Positions 18,101 through 27,344 of a stretch of 64,000 nt of DNA are shown in pieces. The translations under genes were made by a program, and so were the position numbers. Position 1 is the stretch's first letter. Each line of letters starts with the position of its first letter. The stretch is from an uncultured virus (IMG/VR IMGVR_UViG_3300027779_000014). Taxonomy: Duplodnaviria > Heunggongvirae > Uroviricota > Caudoviricetes. The stretch lies in the IMG/VR virus record IMGVR_UViG_3300027779_000014; one strand, given 5' to 3'. A model generated the notes under the pieces. That model made no database searches. It was not told where the DNA came from and saw only the letters and a program-made list of their open reading frames with translations.

Positions 18101-20045
18101 CTATTGAATCCCATTTTGCTACTAACTGCGCCTTTGGCTTCTTACATCCTTCATGTGTAGCGTACCAATACCATTCGCCAGGTACAGACATTGCAGGAGG
18201 ATTTGTTATAGCCATCTTTGAGATTATTTTAGAGTTGATGTTTGATACTGTTTTCTTGAGTTCGCCTGTTTTGTTCTTTATTATTAGGTCGAAGTTCATG
18301 TCTTTGTAATTTTTCATCATTTTTATTCCTGACTTAATTCTTCGTTCAACTTTCCATTGAGGTTCCCCTCTTGATTTGATTATGTATTCCCATTCTTCTC
18401 TCGGCTTATCTAATAGTAGGAATATTGAGAATATATCTGCTATTTCAGCAGATCTCATTTTCTTCAATGCATCGAATGACTGATCTATAATTACTATTGG
18501 TGTTGCTGTCAAGTCTTGGATTCTTCTTGCGTACTTATCACCATAGTTCTCGAATACGAGGTCAGTCCCATTGGCAGATGTGAAATCACCTGCTTCTCTC
18601 ATTTTATCGAACTTAGCTTGACTAACGGTTTTGATGTCTATGCCTTGCTTCTCGTTCTTGCGCTTTTCCCTAGTAGTATATGTAGGGGCGATGGAGGCTT
18701 TATTTCCAATTAACTTCTTGAGGGCTTTTTGTATAGTGCTTTTACCCATCCCCGATGGACCTGATAATGATACGATGATTTGTTCAGGCATCATTTCTTC
18801 TAGTGGAACAAGAGGATTCTTGATCCAATCCATATCCTCGTTGAGAGGAGAGATCCAGAATGAATCATAGAGTGGGTGGACTTTGCCTCGTACAGATAGG
18901 GATGAGTCGGCTAGAGGTTCTGGAGGAGATTCTGAAGCCCCCGTCTTTGTCATTACTCCTCTTGTCTCTATGCGTAGTCGGGGTTCTGACTTCTTAGAGG
19001 GAAAATTGGCTAGTATTCCATAAACCGCCCTTATTGCAGTCAAGGCGTAGTAGTGCTTACCGCCCGTTTCTGCGGAGATGATGTATTCGGGTTGATTCTT
19101 GATTGGTTTTCCATTCTTGAGGACTTTGAATCCAGCAGTGCGCCTGAACATATTGATTCGGACTAGATTGCCCAATTGCATGTGATCTCCTTTGTTCACC
19201 TTATGGCTTCTGATTTGCCAGGCATTAGTATCTCTGGTTGCATTCACATAAAGTTGCGGCTTTCCATCGGAGTCCACTGAGACAACGGGTTCGAATGCGT
19301 AGTGGTTGGTGACATCTTCACCTTCCATGACGAATCTCCCCTTCTTAGTGGGTGATACCTTTCGTGGTTGGACGGTGACAGGTGGGTTGAAGGAAATCGT
19401 AGGAGATATTAGATCTGCATACAGCAAGTGCGGGTGCTTTATTGCAGCATTACCTGGAAAGAACTGTGAGTCTTTTCTGCCTGTTGGGTTACTTGAGTAG
19501 GCTGGGGTCACTTCGCGTCCGTCAAGATGTCCAATGAGTTCGACTGACTTGATTGCATCCCCCTTCCAGATGCACCCACTGGCTACATCCCATCCGTAGT
19601 ACCAAATGAAGTCCTTATTCATCCGTAAGTCCCATTGATAGGGGCATATCTCAATTCCACTGTAGTTCTTCGCCACTTGCTGCCAGTCAATTGTTTTAAT
19701 TTCTGCTCCGGAATGATACTGACCGCCGATAGTGCCGTAGTTCTCGGCAAAGGCATACATGTCCTCGGGTGTTCTGATTATCAGCATTTTCTCGAAGTTG
19801 ATTTTGATTTCGTACAGGTATTCGTATCTTCCCACCATTCCTCCTTTCATTGTTTCATCTTCGGAGATGAAATCCTTCCAAGTATTACCTTGGCCTTGGC
19901 CTTCACATCCATACCAGAGTCCTTTCGGTTTCATGGCATTAGAGATTGGATCTGCGGGCTGCGGGTGTTCGTGCCGGAACGCTTCTGGCCTCCACTTCTC
20001 TCCGGTGTAGAAGGTTCTGCTGACTGTCACTGAATCTGCCCCCAT
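15132..20045 (-). CDS. Giant modular protein: conserved viral domain, guanylate kinase, Zn ribbon, DUF5754-like, low-complexity tract, JAB/MPN metallopeptidase-like
   Basis: GK: SGPSGMGKST..YTTREKRKNEKQGID (~18204-18812). DUF5754-like: KTTHFGAKHYNDYTIHNDKRRRTDYLARH..AGALSKWILW (~17538-17900). JAMM-like: GEASG..FHTHP..SPDD (~15132-15779). The true start may be GTG 20030, overlapping the upstream TGA. Confidence 0.85.
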   Translation of the reverse strand: MGADSVTVSRTFYTGEKWRPEAFRHEHPQPADPISNAMKPKGLWYGCEGQGQGNTWKDFISEDETMKGGMVGRYEYLYEIKINFEKMLIIRTPEDMYAFAENYGTIGGQYHSGAEIKTIDWQQVAKNYSGIEICPYQWDLRMNKDFIWYYGWDVASGCIWKGDAIKSVELIGHLDGREVTPAYSSNPTGRKDSQFFPGNAAIKHPHLLYADLISPTISFNPPVTVQPRKVSPTKKGRFVMEGEDVTNHYAFEPVVSVDSDGKPQLYVNATRDTNAWQIRSHKVNKGDHMQLGNLVRINMFRRTAGFKVLKNGKPIKNQPEYIISAETGGKHYYALTAIRAVYGILANFPSKKSEPRLRIETRGVMTKTGASESPPEPLADSSLSVRGKVHPLYDSFWISPLNEDMDWIKNPLVPLEEMMPEQIIVSLSGPSGMGKSTIQKALKKLIGNKASIAPTYTTREKRKNEKQGIDIKTVSQAKFDKMREAGDFTSANGTDLVFENYGDKYARRIQDLTATPIVIIDQSFDALKKMRSAEIADIFSIFLLLDKPREEWEYIIKSRGEPQWKVERRIKSGIKMMKNYKDMNFDLIIKNKTGELKKTVSNINSKIISKMAITNPPAMSVPGEWYWYATHEGCKKPKAQLVAKWDSIDPSWILSGTGKREKLDKKTYTCESCGEEVTRAPVAKRTVAKDGWAQKSYNGFTNYHMRYVPTTKSNPPAEGRVHVVIDGSPQKDKKLRAVFTFPDGRKKTTHFGAKHYNDYTIHNDKRRRTDYLARHGKREDWDDFTTAGALSKWILWNKPTVKKSFDHFLAVFSLTGDLKVKTSQAGKIEHFNKKYDNPPFPKMYLPKDSLFGTKENPISPLQSGIAIKPQKDDLGRKVFYMPEWIHEGYPKDNTYKIEPKKEPIIFAVGYTSTTTAKKDLDNFKVAAKKHLTMPFEIKNKKRYNYAIHKGAKMGNTHPKTGGPKTQGQAIQTRKSDEGETIFTADTLLGESWRNPLKTFNIKSIGQGHIIKNQLIRELEAKGHKISDPGSIYLEIIGFTANSNNASDIIVSSPESMGSSHQLIAQRVALFLSENSELEITTDTVDDIDPLGNRLMHHAQKGAALAIFINNASNLHKHYKEISKSLGDAIDISINPPEGMLLRQYTLEIPARFYDTSLAFFELEKLGYEWVKENLERGWYTLKTRFGGKPSLHIRPHTSYLYSAHLLSEENQAAVRDDVIKVAEKIQSKEPKNNPAKVSREHRDHLHPEAVKALSQMKGARIPPNIFADLKAGKTESFEKWFEEEKKSPNSGPPTQDKQGQPRDKQGQPRDKPRDKQGQSRDKPRDKQGQSRDKQDLIKKQGQPQKKGKSQVKNVFSITSRDLIKSLTGRKHPTIPTDNLDQNNNQNKNQNKNQNNNQNNNQNNNQNKKKKKKKKRNPIKLNPITLNLDGVEYIEDFGETMTKQEEKKKFKSTKMKGPIGSKALFLQLAEQVQDFGEASGWMKGNRLYFRPGARHLNEAAVSGYILEGATAFFHTHPRVWEPSQTSPDDFKVYHGLFTIHGIQDHFTVMGDRIDWFHFAKSNRLKAEEVADVIIDLEKDIEEVFQESEQEHIMETDGHAHLRDRTMDIVNALNEEIPEYNVKFKCYHMSPEQIRSTKR
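15800..16165 (-). repeat. Coding low-complexity repeats (DKQGQPR/DKPR, NQNN, poly-K)
   Basis: cttgcttatcccgagg units at ~16040-16165 and ttgttctggtta 12-mers at ~15825-15908. Confidence 0.9.
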
Positions 20046-23000
20046 TTGCCCGTTCCCTCTACTGGGACTTGTTCCATACGCAAGTCATGTGGCGTTATGC
20101 TCTTGTCCGTTCTCCATCTCTTGAAAGATGGTTGGAACATAGTAGGTGCTCGCATTGTTCCGACTTGCACTAGTTTCTTGCCCTTAACTCGGTATATTGG
20201 CTTCTCTGACCAGTTCAGCCCTCTGTAATCGAATTCTCCAATCATTGTAGGTTTAATTGCGGTCATCGTTCCCTTGCCTGTAGTCATGTGAGTCTTGGTC
20301 GGATCTACTTCGTGATTCCCCCATCGAGCTTTGCCCCCAAGTTCTATTGCACTAGGGGTGAGTTCTTCTAAGAGTGCTTTCTTCTCTACCATAGAGCTAC
20401 CTATCACGGCATTTCCAGAATAAACGAAGTCTCCGTTCGGTAGCATCCATGCTAGACCGCCTCCTCCGATGATTTCCTCGTCCCTTCCACCTGCCTTGCC
20501 ACGATAGAATCCAATGACGGCTAAATCAGCAGTTCCCTTCATCTTGATCTTGATTGACTTGGCCTCGTTATCGAATCTGAACACAAGCCCCTCGAAGTTG
20601 GGTTCTTTCATTCCAGTGTTCCATGCCTCCTGAACTTCGTGTGATGTTCCTATGCCTCTCCATGATTGCACAACTGAGATTGATTCGCCTTTCAAAAGAG
20701 GTGGAGTCTTTTCTGGGCGTACATCTTTCTTCTTCGCCCATTCAAGAAAAGAAGCCCCTGTTGTTAGTACCAGCATCCTTTCTTGGTAGGGTGTGTCAGC
20801 CGTGATTGTATAGTCTGATCCCTGCGCTTTTAACGAAGTTATGTCGAATGCCGTGAATCTGATTTGGTTCTGCCTCTCAATCGTTTTAGGAGACACTATG
20901 ATGCTTCCAACCTCATTCAATGGTAGTGTCAGTCCGTCGGAGTCTACTGCGTAAAGTTCACCGTTTATCATTGCCTCAGCCACTCCAGCCTTCTTGAGTG
21001 ATGCTGTGATCTCGTCTGTTATGTGGAAGTCCTTTCGCCATCTGCCCCTGTGATTCCAGATGATTGACTCCTCTCCGTCGAACATCACCATGCTACTGTC
21101 TCCGTCTATCTTGTGAGATACGGTGTATGTCCTTTCATCATCCTTGTATTTCTCTAGGAAGTCTCCTAGTGACAACTCGACTCTGAAAGACTTCTTCTTC
21201 CAGTTCTTCGCAATAGCAGGTATTGTCTCCGCTTGTTCCTCGAAGCCCTTTGGGTATTGGTTGTGGTACTTCGTAGGTCCTGAGTCGGCGGCTATTCCCA
21301 TGTCCATAGCCTCTGGACTATCGAATACAGGAGGATTTAGACTAGCAGTTAATAGTGCTTCTACCCCAGATGGCACATTACCTTCTATTCTTGGTTCTGG
21401 ACCATTTTTGAAAAACTGATCTAAAGATATGTCAGTAGTGAATACGATTCCCTCATTGGTTTGATATTCGGTTTTTGCTGTGAGGGTATCTTCATTTTCT
21501 ACTTTGTAATCTAATTCAGGTATCACAGATCTAATCCCTACTATCTTTGCATTTTCAATCTGTGGTAATACTGCAGATTCTATCTGAATTAGCCTCGCAA
21601 AATCTGATGCAATGTATTTAGCTCTTGAGCCGAATACTGCGCTCTGCGCTACAGGTAGTACAGCTTCTACATCTCTAATCGATGTGGAATCCAAAGTCTG
21701 TCTTGTTTCCTCACCGGCCTCTTGTGCCGCATCTGTGTTATATCTTTCTTCACTCCTTTCCATTTGGATTTGCCTGATATAGCGATTTCCCATCTTCAAA
21801 GATGTTTTTTTGAATTCTACTTCTATTATTGTGTCAGCCTTGTATGGATCTATGAATAAATAATCTCCATCCATATGAGTTCCAGCCTGGACTAGATGTT
21901 CGAACAAGACTCTTCTATCTTTTACTGTGAACCCTTTCATTGAACTGGCTATACCTACTGATTCATACACCGTAGTTACTGGAGTTTTAGTTGAACCTGA
22001 CCATTCTACAATGCCTGGTTCACGCTTTCTTCTTTCCTCGCTCATAACAGATATTATGACTGGTCCTAATTCTCCGTTATTGAAACGCTTGTTGGTTGTA
22101 TCTAGGGCTATGATTGTAGCCGCTATTCTATATGTTCGCACGAAATAATAGGTTTTACCTTCTAAAACATATCCTAGCGTTTCAGCATCTCCATTTGTTA
22201 TCTCATCTTCATAGACATCAAACAATGTTCCTTTTGCACTCTTTACCTGCACTATATTACTATCAAGCAAATGACTTATCTTACCAGAGTAAGCATTTTC
22301 TATGTGCAATATGCTATCTTCCCAATCATCACTCTTGAAACTTAACAGGTCTTTTGGTAGGTCTGGGTCTAGATTTGGAAGTGCAGACAACCTGCCGTAG
22401 AGAATTGCATCCTCCCCTTTATTCATTAATGCATCAATCTGTTTTAGATGTATAGTTCCAGATCTGATTGAGCCATCCGAAAAACCAGCCATAGTGGAGC
22501 CTTCTGACTTAGCATGAATCAAGACTTCACGGCCATAGGGTAATACGAAAGCGATATCTGGTTCTTCTGTAGGCAGTTCTTCCACGATGTTTAGTGATCT
22601 ACTTCTGTGGTTGCTCCATTTCTTTGCTAGTCTTTCGTCGATAACAATTCGTATATCTTCTTCTTCTGCCTCTCTTTCGAGATTTATTAGTCTAGCAGAT
22701 TTCATAAAATTAGAAACCTTTGAGACATATTTACTTATATTGTATGCTGCAACTAATGGGTGAGCATCATAGTACCAAGTAAATTTATCATCTAATATGG
22801 GCACTATCGCATGACCCATACCTGTGACTAAATGAGAGAACATTCCCTTTGTACTTGAGGAAGTCTTTGGAGGAGGAGGGAGTATGTAGAGCGAAAGAGG
22901 CAGAAGTGTCCTTCTGGCATCTGCTTTTTCGCCCTTATTGTTTCTTGTTTTGACTAGTCTTGCAGACATTTTGGAGTTAGATCCTCTTAGGTTCTTCAAT

Positions 23001-23851
23001 AACGGCTTTATTTGCGTGATTAGTTGCCCATATTGTTCAGGAGAGGATAAAGCAACATATAGTAACATTCTCCTAGAGTTTGCTGAACATAGGAGAGTAG
23101 TATATTCTAAAGCCTTCAAATCAGAATCTAAATCTAGTGCGACAGCTACTTCCGGCCTAGTTATTGTTTTTTCACAATCAATCTCAATCAACATCACGGA
23201 TTCGGTATCAGGCCTCATGCCCGTCAAGTTTGAAGGTTTGATAGTTCCCATTACTCTTCCTTTGTTTATATCAAAGCCTACTCTAGAATAATCTTTATTC
23301 GCTTTTCTTCGTAACCAATTTAATACAGTTTGGCGATAAGTCTTGTGCATCTCTATTTGTTTCTCCACTCTTGCCATTGTCATTTCATCTGTGGGATCAT
23401 TAATCAGAGAAACTAGATTAGTCGGGTATTCAGTGATTTTTGATTGAGATGGGCCTGCCCTATTCTCATCGGCTTCAAATTGATGAAGTATGCGTGCTTG
23501 GTATTCGAATATAGTTGCTACTTGATCTATCGGAATGCCTGGGTAATCTTCGTCAAGAACCACGACTGGCCGAGATTTGCCGACCTTACCTTTCCTTATT
23601 CCCCAAGCGGGCAAACCAGGGTGGCGGCTTTCTGATCCTGGTTGCATGGTGAAATTATTCTTACCGCCGGTTGAAGTGAAGAAGTCTAATGGAGGCTTTG
23701 TTAGAAATCTGCCGTCCCCTCCACTTCTCGTCATTATTGCTGAACGGGCGCGTTTAGCGAAATCATCTTCGGATAATTGATGAAATCCGAACGATGTACT
23801 GTTCTTTAGTATGTATGCAGCCGTTTCCGGTATCGATGGGAGGTAAACCAT
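20027..23851 (-). CDS. lig: Large protein with C-terminal ATP-dependent DNA ligase
   Basis: Motif I SHKIDGDS, III INGELY, IIIa FTAFDI, IV EGLVFR, V KIKMK, OB domain ADLAVIG...FQPSFKRWRTDK, all within ~20027-21330. Confidence 0.9.
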   Translation of the reverse strand: MVYLPSIPETAAYILKNSTSFGFHQLSEDDFAKRARSAIMTRSGGDGRFLTKPPLDFFTSTGGKNNFTMQPGSESRHPGLPAWGIRKGKVGKSRPVVVLDEDYPGIPIDQVATIFEYQARILHQFEADENRAGPSQSKITEYPTNLVSLINDPTDEMTMARVEKQIEMHKTYRQTVLNWLRRKANKDYSRVGFDINKGRVMGTIKPSNLTGMRPDTESVMLIEIDCEKTITRPEVAVALDLDSDLKALEYTTLLCSANSRRMLLYVALSSPEQYGQLITQIKPLLKNLRGSNSKMSARLVKTRNNKGEKADARRTLLPLSLYILPPPPKTSSSTKGMFSHLVTGMGHAIVPILDDKFTWYYDAHPLVAAYNISKYVSKVSNFMKSARLINLEREAEEEDIRIVIDERLAKKWSNHRSRSLNIVEELPTEEPDIAFVLPYGREVLIHAKSEGSTMAGFSDGSIRSGTIHLKQIDALMNKGEDAILYGRLSALPNLDPDLPKDLLSFKSDDWEDSILHIENAYSGKISHLLDSNIVQVKSAKGTLFDVYEDEITNGDAETLGYVLEGKTYYFVRTYRIAATIIALDTTNKRFNNGELGPVIISVMSEERRKREPGIVEWSGSTKTPVTTVYESVGIASSMKGFTVKDRRVLFEHLVQAGTHMDGDYLFIDPYKADTIIEVEFKKTSLKMGNRYIRQIQMERSEERYNTDAAQEAGEETRQTLDSTSIRDVEAVLPVAQSAVFGSRAKYIASDFARLIQIESAVLPQIENAKIVGIRSVIPELDYKVENEDTLTAKTEYQTNEGIVFTTDISLDQFFKNGPEPRIEGNVPSGVEALLTASLNPPVFDSPEAMDMGIAADSGPTKYHNQYPKGFEEQAETIPAIAKNWKKKSFRVELSLGDFLEKYKDDERTYTVSHKIDGDSSMVMFDGEESIIWNHRGRWRKDFHITDEITASLKKAGVAEAMINGELYAVDSDGLTLPLNEVGSIIVSPKTIERQNQIRFTAFDITSLKAQGSDYTITADTPYQERMLVLTTGASFLEWAKKKDVRPEKTPPLLKGESISVVQSWRGIGTSHEVQEAWNTGMKEPNFEGLVFRFDNEAKSIKIKMKGTADLAVIGFYRGKAGGRDEEIIGGGGLAWMLPNGDFVYSGNAVIGSSMVEKKALLEELTPSAIELGGKARWGNHEVDPTKTHMTTGKGTMTAIKPTMIGEFDYRGLNWSEKPIYRVKGKKLVQVGTMRAPTMFQPSFKRWRTDKSITPHDLRMEQVPVEGTGKWGQIQ

Positions 23852-26527
23852 TCACATACTCTCCACTATTCGATAGTTGGCCGGTACGGTCAATGGTGCC
23901 AAGCCTCTTATCCCCAGGGCACCTAACTTATCGTATGCCACTAAAGTTGAGATTAGGAATCCTTCACCTCTTTCTGCTTCAACTGCTTTCATGAATCCTT
24001 CCAACATATCAACATATCCGCCTGGTTTGTAGTAAGATAGGGCTTTGGCCGCGTGGTAAGCAGCCGCGACCTCGCAGAAGTGTTCTACATTAAGTGGGTC
24101 TGCTCCATAGGACCAACTTAAGAAATCAGACACTTCTCCTCTTTGTCTCGCCCTGTCATCTAATGCTGAAAATGACGAAGGTAATGACGGCATCCATGAA
24201 GGTATATCGACATCAATTTTTCCAGATTTAGTGAGGAATCTCAATACCGCCGCGAATGCATACGATTCTGGAGGGTCGGTTTTCGCATCTTTCTTCAATC
24301 CAGGCCAATGTTTGCTTAGGTTGAATTCTTCTCTCTGCATTCGGAGAGGGAAGAAGGCTAATCGGTAGTATGAAATTATTATTGGAGCCAATTTGTTCAT
24401 TAAATTGGCCTCATCTACCGCCACCTCTTGATTTGTTTTAGGTATTGTAAAGAATTCTGGTTGTCCCTCGGCATTGAATCCTCCCATGTCAATCAATGAG
24501 TTATTAGCCATCATCCATAGAGCCATTAGTTTCGCTGGGTTCTTAGAATATTGTTCGAATACTAAATTTGCGCCCAATGATACCATGCCTGCGCCATCCT
24601 CTATTCCTTCTAGAGCTGCATATACTGTCTCATATAGTAAATCGTGTTGGATCTGTGCATGGTACGATGCTGGCCCTGGACTGTGATTCGTACCCAAGAG
24701 GCCGTCCACTGCTTTGTCGAATTGTGAGGTTGATTTTGATTTTATTAACTGCTTATTTGCATTATTCTGCACCTGATACATGATTATTTTACCTAATGCT
24801 TGAAAGGCTCTTGAAAGTCCTATATCTGATTTTATTGGTGGATCTCCTATGGATATTATCTTCGGATAGGCTAGTGATAGAATACTATTTCCAGAGTCTA
24901 AGAGTTCAAAGCCATATTCAGCTTCCTCATCAATCTCGATGAATTTAGCCATTTCTGTTGCAGATTTCAAACCCCTGTTTAATGATGGAGTTTTCATATT
25001 GAAGCTAAATTTATTCTTAATTGTATCAAATTCCTCAGGTGTAGCTTCATTTTTTAATAATTTTTCTCTATCAAAGATCAGCGTAATGATTTCGGTTTCA
25101 TCATCATCATCTTCAATTTCAAATCTGATTTCTATATTAGTTTTATCAATAGAGAGTATTTCTCCGATATACGACCTTTTAGCCATTGAGTTTGCTACGA
25201 ACTTGATTCCATCTACTTCATCAACTGGGTCTATATCCTCTCCTTCAAACCCTTCAATTAGACTTTCAAAACCACTAGGGCCATCTCTTTCTGCCCAAGT
25301 AAACATAATTTCATTATCAACGAATTTTTGAAGGAATTCTGTACCTCCATCGTTAGAATAAGCCATGATCATCCAACCAGGCATTTCTATTTCACTAAAT
25401 ACAGGTATTATTTCCGAGAATATAGCATTTGAAGTTAGGTCTATCGTATCTACAAAACTGATACTCTTTTGTTGCACAACATTACCTAACTCAATTTCTT
25501 CTATCCAAACCAGCACTTCCTCTAATACTTCAGTAGGTATTGTGTATAGAAATTTTGTACCATCTGTAAATCTTTTTTCCCTAGGAAGTGTTTGTATTAT
25601 CTCAGATACAAGTTTTTTGAATTTGTTTTTTCTTTGTGTATTCATCATAGAATATATTTTTTGCAATAAACCTATTTCTTTGTTATCATGGGGTATCTCA
25701 AGTTGAACATTGTCTGCAATTGCATCTATATCGTTATCACGGTATTTTATAGTTGATCCTATGGGTTTCATGTCGAATAACTCATCTACATCTGTTCTTA
25801 CATCTGGAGATAAATTGATTGCTTTTTCAATTAATTTAGATACATCTTTATCTACGGTAGTTATTCTCGCTAAATCGACTGTTTCATTCTTTGTACCTAT
25901 CCCTACTGATTCTTCGGCTTGCGGTAGTAGTAAAGACGCAATGTACCTAGAGAGAAAATAGTGGACCATTGGTGTGGATTCTACAATCTTATTCCCTTTT
26001 TCGGAGGGCAAAGGATACACTTTTTTCAGATTTTCGAAGCCAGCCTTGAGAGTTTTGGTTTCTGAATCGGATAATTTATCCTGACTGGTAAAAGGAGAAC
26101 GGGTCAGACGAGGGGGGATTGGGTTGAATGTATATACAGATCTTTTCTTGTCGTCTATACCTTTACCTTGTAGTGGCTTTGGACCCCATGGTTGCCATTT
26201 TTCATAGTTCGCTATATTTTGCTGAGTCAATTCTGCAATAGTTGAATATTCTATTTCTTTTCCGAACTCATTGATACTTGCAGGGGTTGTTTTTTTGTCT
26301 GCCATCACTTTAATTATAAACGATAAACCAGATTGGCTAGATATAGATACGGCTTCCTGGCCTTTGACATCTGATTCCTTGGGCGTAGTGAATTCTAATA
26401 TTTTGAAATCTAAGTCAAGAATATTAGATAGGTCCTTGATTCTTTTGAAGTCAGTCCCGTCACCATAATGTGAGCCAAAACCTATGTGGTTTGCAATTAG
26501 TCCATCTACATCGGAGATTGTTGCCAC
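23852..26527 (-). CDS. Large hypothetical protein (891 aa)
   Basis: Long ORF in a tightly packed operon; no motif recognised. Confidence 0.8.
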   Translation of the reverse strand: MATISDVDGLIANHIGFGSHYGDGTDFKRIKDLSNILDLDFKILEFTTPKESDVKGQEAVSISSQSGLSFIIKVMADKKTTPASINEFGKEIEYSTIAELTQQNIANYEKWQPWGPKPLQGKGIDDKKRSVYTFNPIPPRLTRSPFTSQDKLSDSETKTLKAGFENLKKVYPLPSEKGNKIVESTPMVHYFLSRYIASLLLPQAEESVGIGTKNETVDLARITTVDKDVSKLIEKAINLSPDVRTDVDELFDMKPIGSTIKYRDNDIDAIADNVQLEIPHDNKEIGLLQKIYSMMNTQRKNKFKKLVSEIIQTLPREKRFTDGTKFLYTIPTEVLEEVLVWIEEIELGNVVQQKSISFVDTIDLTSNAIFSEIIPVFSEIEMPGWMIMAYSNDGGTEFLQKFVDNEIMFTWAERDGPSGFESLIEGFEGEDIDPVDEVDGIKFVANSMAKRSYIGEILSIDKTNIEIRFEIEDDDDETEIITLIFDREKLLKNEATPEEFDTIKNKFSFNMKTPSLNRGLKSATEMAKFIEIDEEAEYGFELLDSGNSILSLAYPKIISIGDPPIKSDIGLSRAFQALGKIIMYQVQNNANKQLIKSKSTSQFDKAVDGLLGTNHSPGPASYHAQIQHDLLYETVYAALEGIEDGAGMVSLGANLVFEQYSKNPAKLMALWMMANNSLIDMGGFNAEGQPEFFTIPKTNQEVAVDEANLMNKLAPIIISYYRLAFFPLRMQREEFNLSKHWPGLKKDAKTDPPESYAFAAVLRFLTKSGKIDVDIPSWMPSLPSSFSALDDRARQRGEVSDFLSWSYGADPLNVEHFCEVAAAYHAAKALSYYKPGGYVDMLEGFMKAVEAERGEGFLISTLVAYDKLGALGIRGLAPLTVPANYRIVESM

Positions 26528-26539
26528 ATCTACAACCCC

Positions 26540-26740
26540 TCAATCATCATCTCTTGCCCTTCCAATGGCTCCGGATATTGTTTGTATGATTAGTAGGTTT
26601 GCTGCCCCTAATGCTATTGCATAGAAGCAAAACCTTAGTGGTTGCGAAATAATACCTATGGGACCATATAGCGCCCTATCGAATTCGTCTGATACATTTT
26701 TTTGTATCGCATTTACTTCTTTGCCAAAGTCAAATTCCAT
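26540..26740 (-). CDS. Small membrane protein
   Basis: Hydrophobic FCFYAIALGAANLLIIQTI; abuts both neighbours. Confidence 0.65.
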   Translation of the reverse strand: MEFDFGKEVNAIQKNVSDEFDRALYGPIGIISQPLRFCFYAIALGAANLLIIQTISGAIGRARDDD

Positions 26741-27340
26741 TTAGTCCACCAACCATAAGTTTCCGTCTCCACGCTCTTCGATGTCCCAATCTCCGCCCAA
26801 TATAATTAGCATCCTTTCCATTCCAGGTGGCGGCATTGTGACATATAGTTTGGGACGCTTGCCACCTTCTTCTCCAAAATGGTGTATGTAGGTATCTATT
26901 GTCTTATCTTTATTTGTTTTACCTGATTCGTAACCTATGAATGGACATTCACCTTCGCCTAGAGCTACCAATGGACTGTTCTCATCTGGAAGCCATGCCT
27001 TTACATGATCAACTGACTTCACATCTGTACCATTGAATTGCCTGTATAGTTGCATAGCATCTGGCGAAACATTTGCTGCTTTTTCTTTCTTTCCTTTCTT
27101 TGCTGGACCTGGATTTAATTTTGCTTTGACCTTTCCATTTGGAAGAAACCATTGTTTCTTGAAATTACTAGGTGTCTTACCATCCTTGAAGTCGATGTCT
27201 TGGCCCCATGATTTCAAACCCCTTAGTAGTGCTTCTAATCCTAGTAGGTGGTGAGCAGCATTTGACTTTCCATTGAAAGATACTACGAACTCGTCACCTT
27301 TCTCTTCCATTGTCACTTCCCACTTAGATTTCTTAGCCAT
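26741..27340 (-). CDS. Conserved putative virion protein of tailless prokaryotic viruses
   Basis: C-domain AMQLYRQFNG..LVALG..IGYES.K..YIHHFGEEGGKRPKL..LIILGG resembles a family I recall from jelly-roll virus genomes; preceded by KLNPGP. Confidence 0.6.
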   Translation of the reverse strand: MAKKSKWEVTMEEKGDEFVVSFNGKSNAAHHLLGLEALLRGLKSWGQDIDFKDGKTPSNFKKQWFLPNGKVKAKLNPGPAKKGKKEKAANVSPDAMQLYRQFNGTDVKSVDHVKAWLPDENSPLVALGEGECPFIGYESGKTNKDKTIDTYIHHFGEEGGKRPKLYVTMPPPGMERMLIILGGDWDIEERGDGNLWLVD

Positions 27341-27344
27341 TTGC

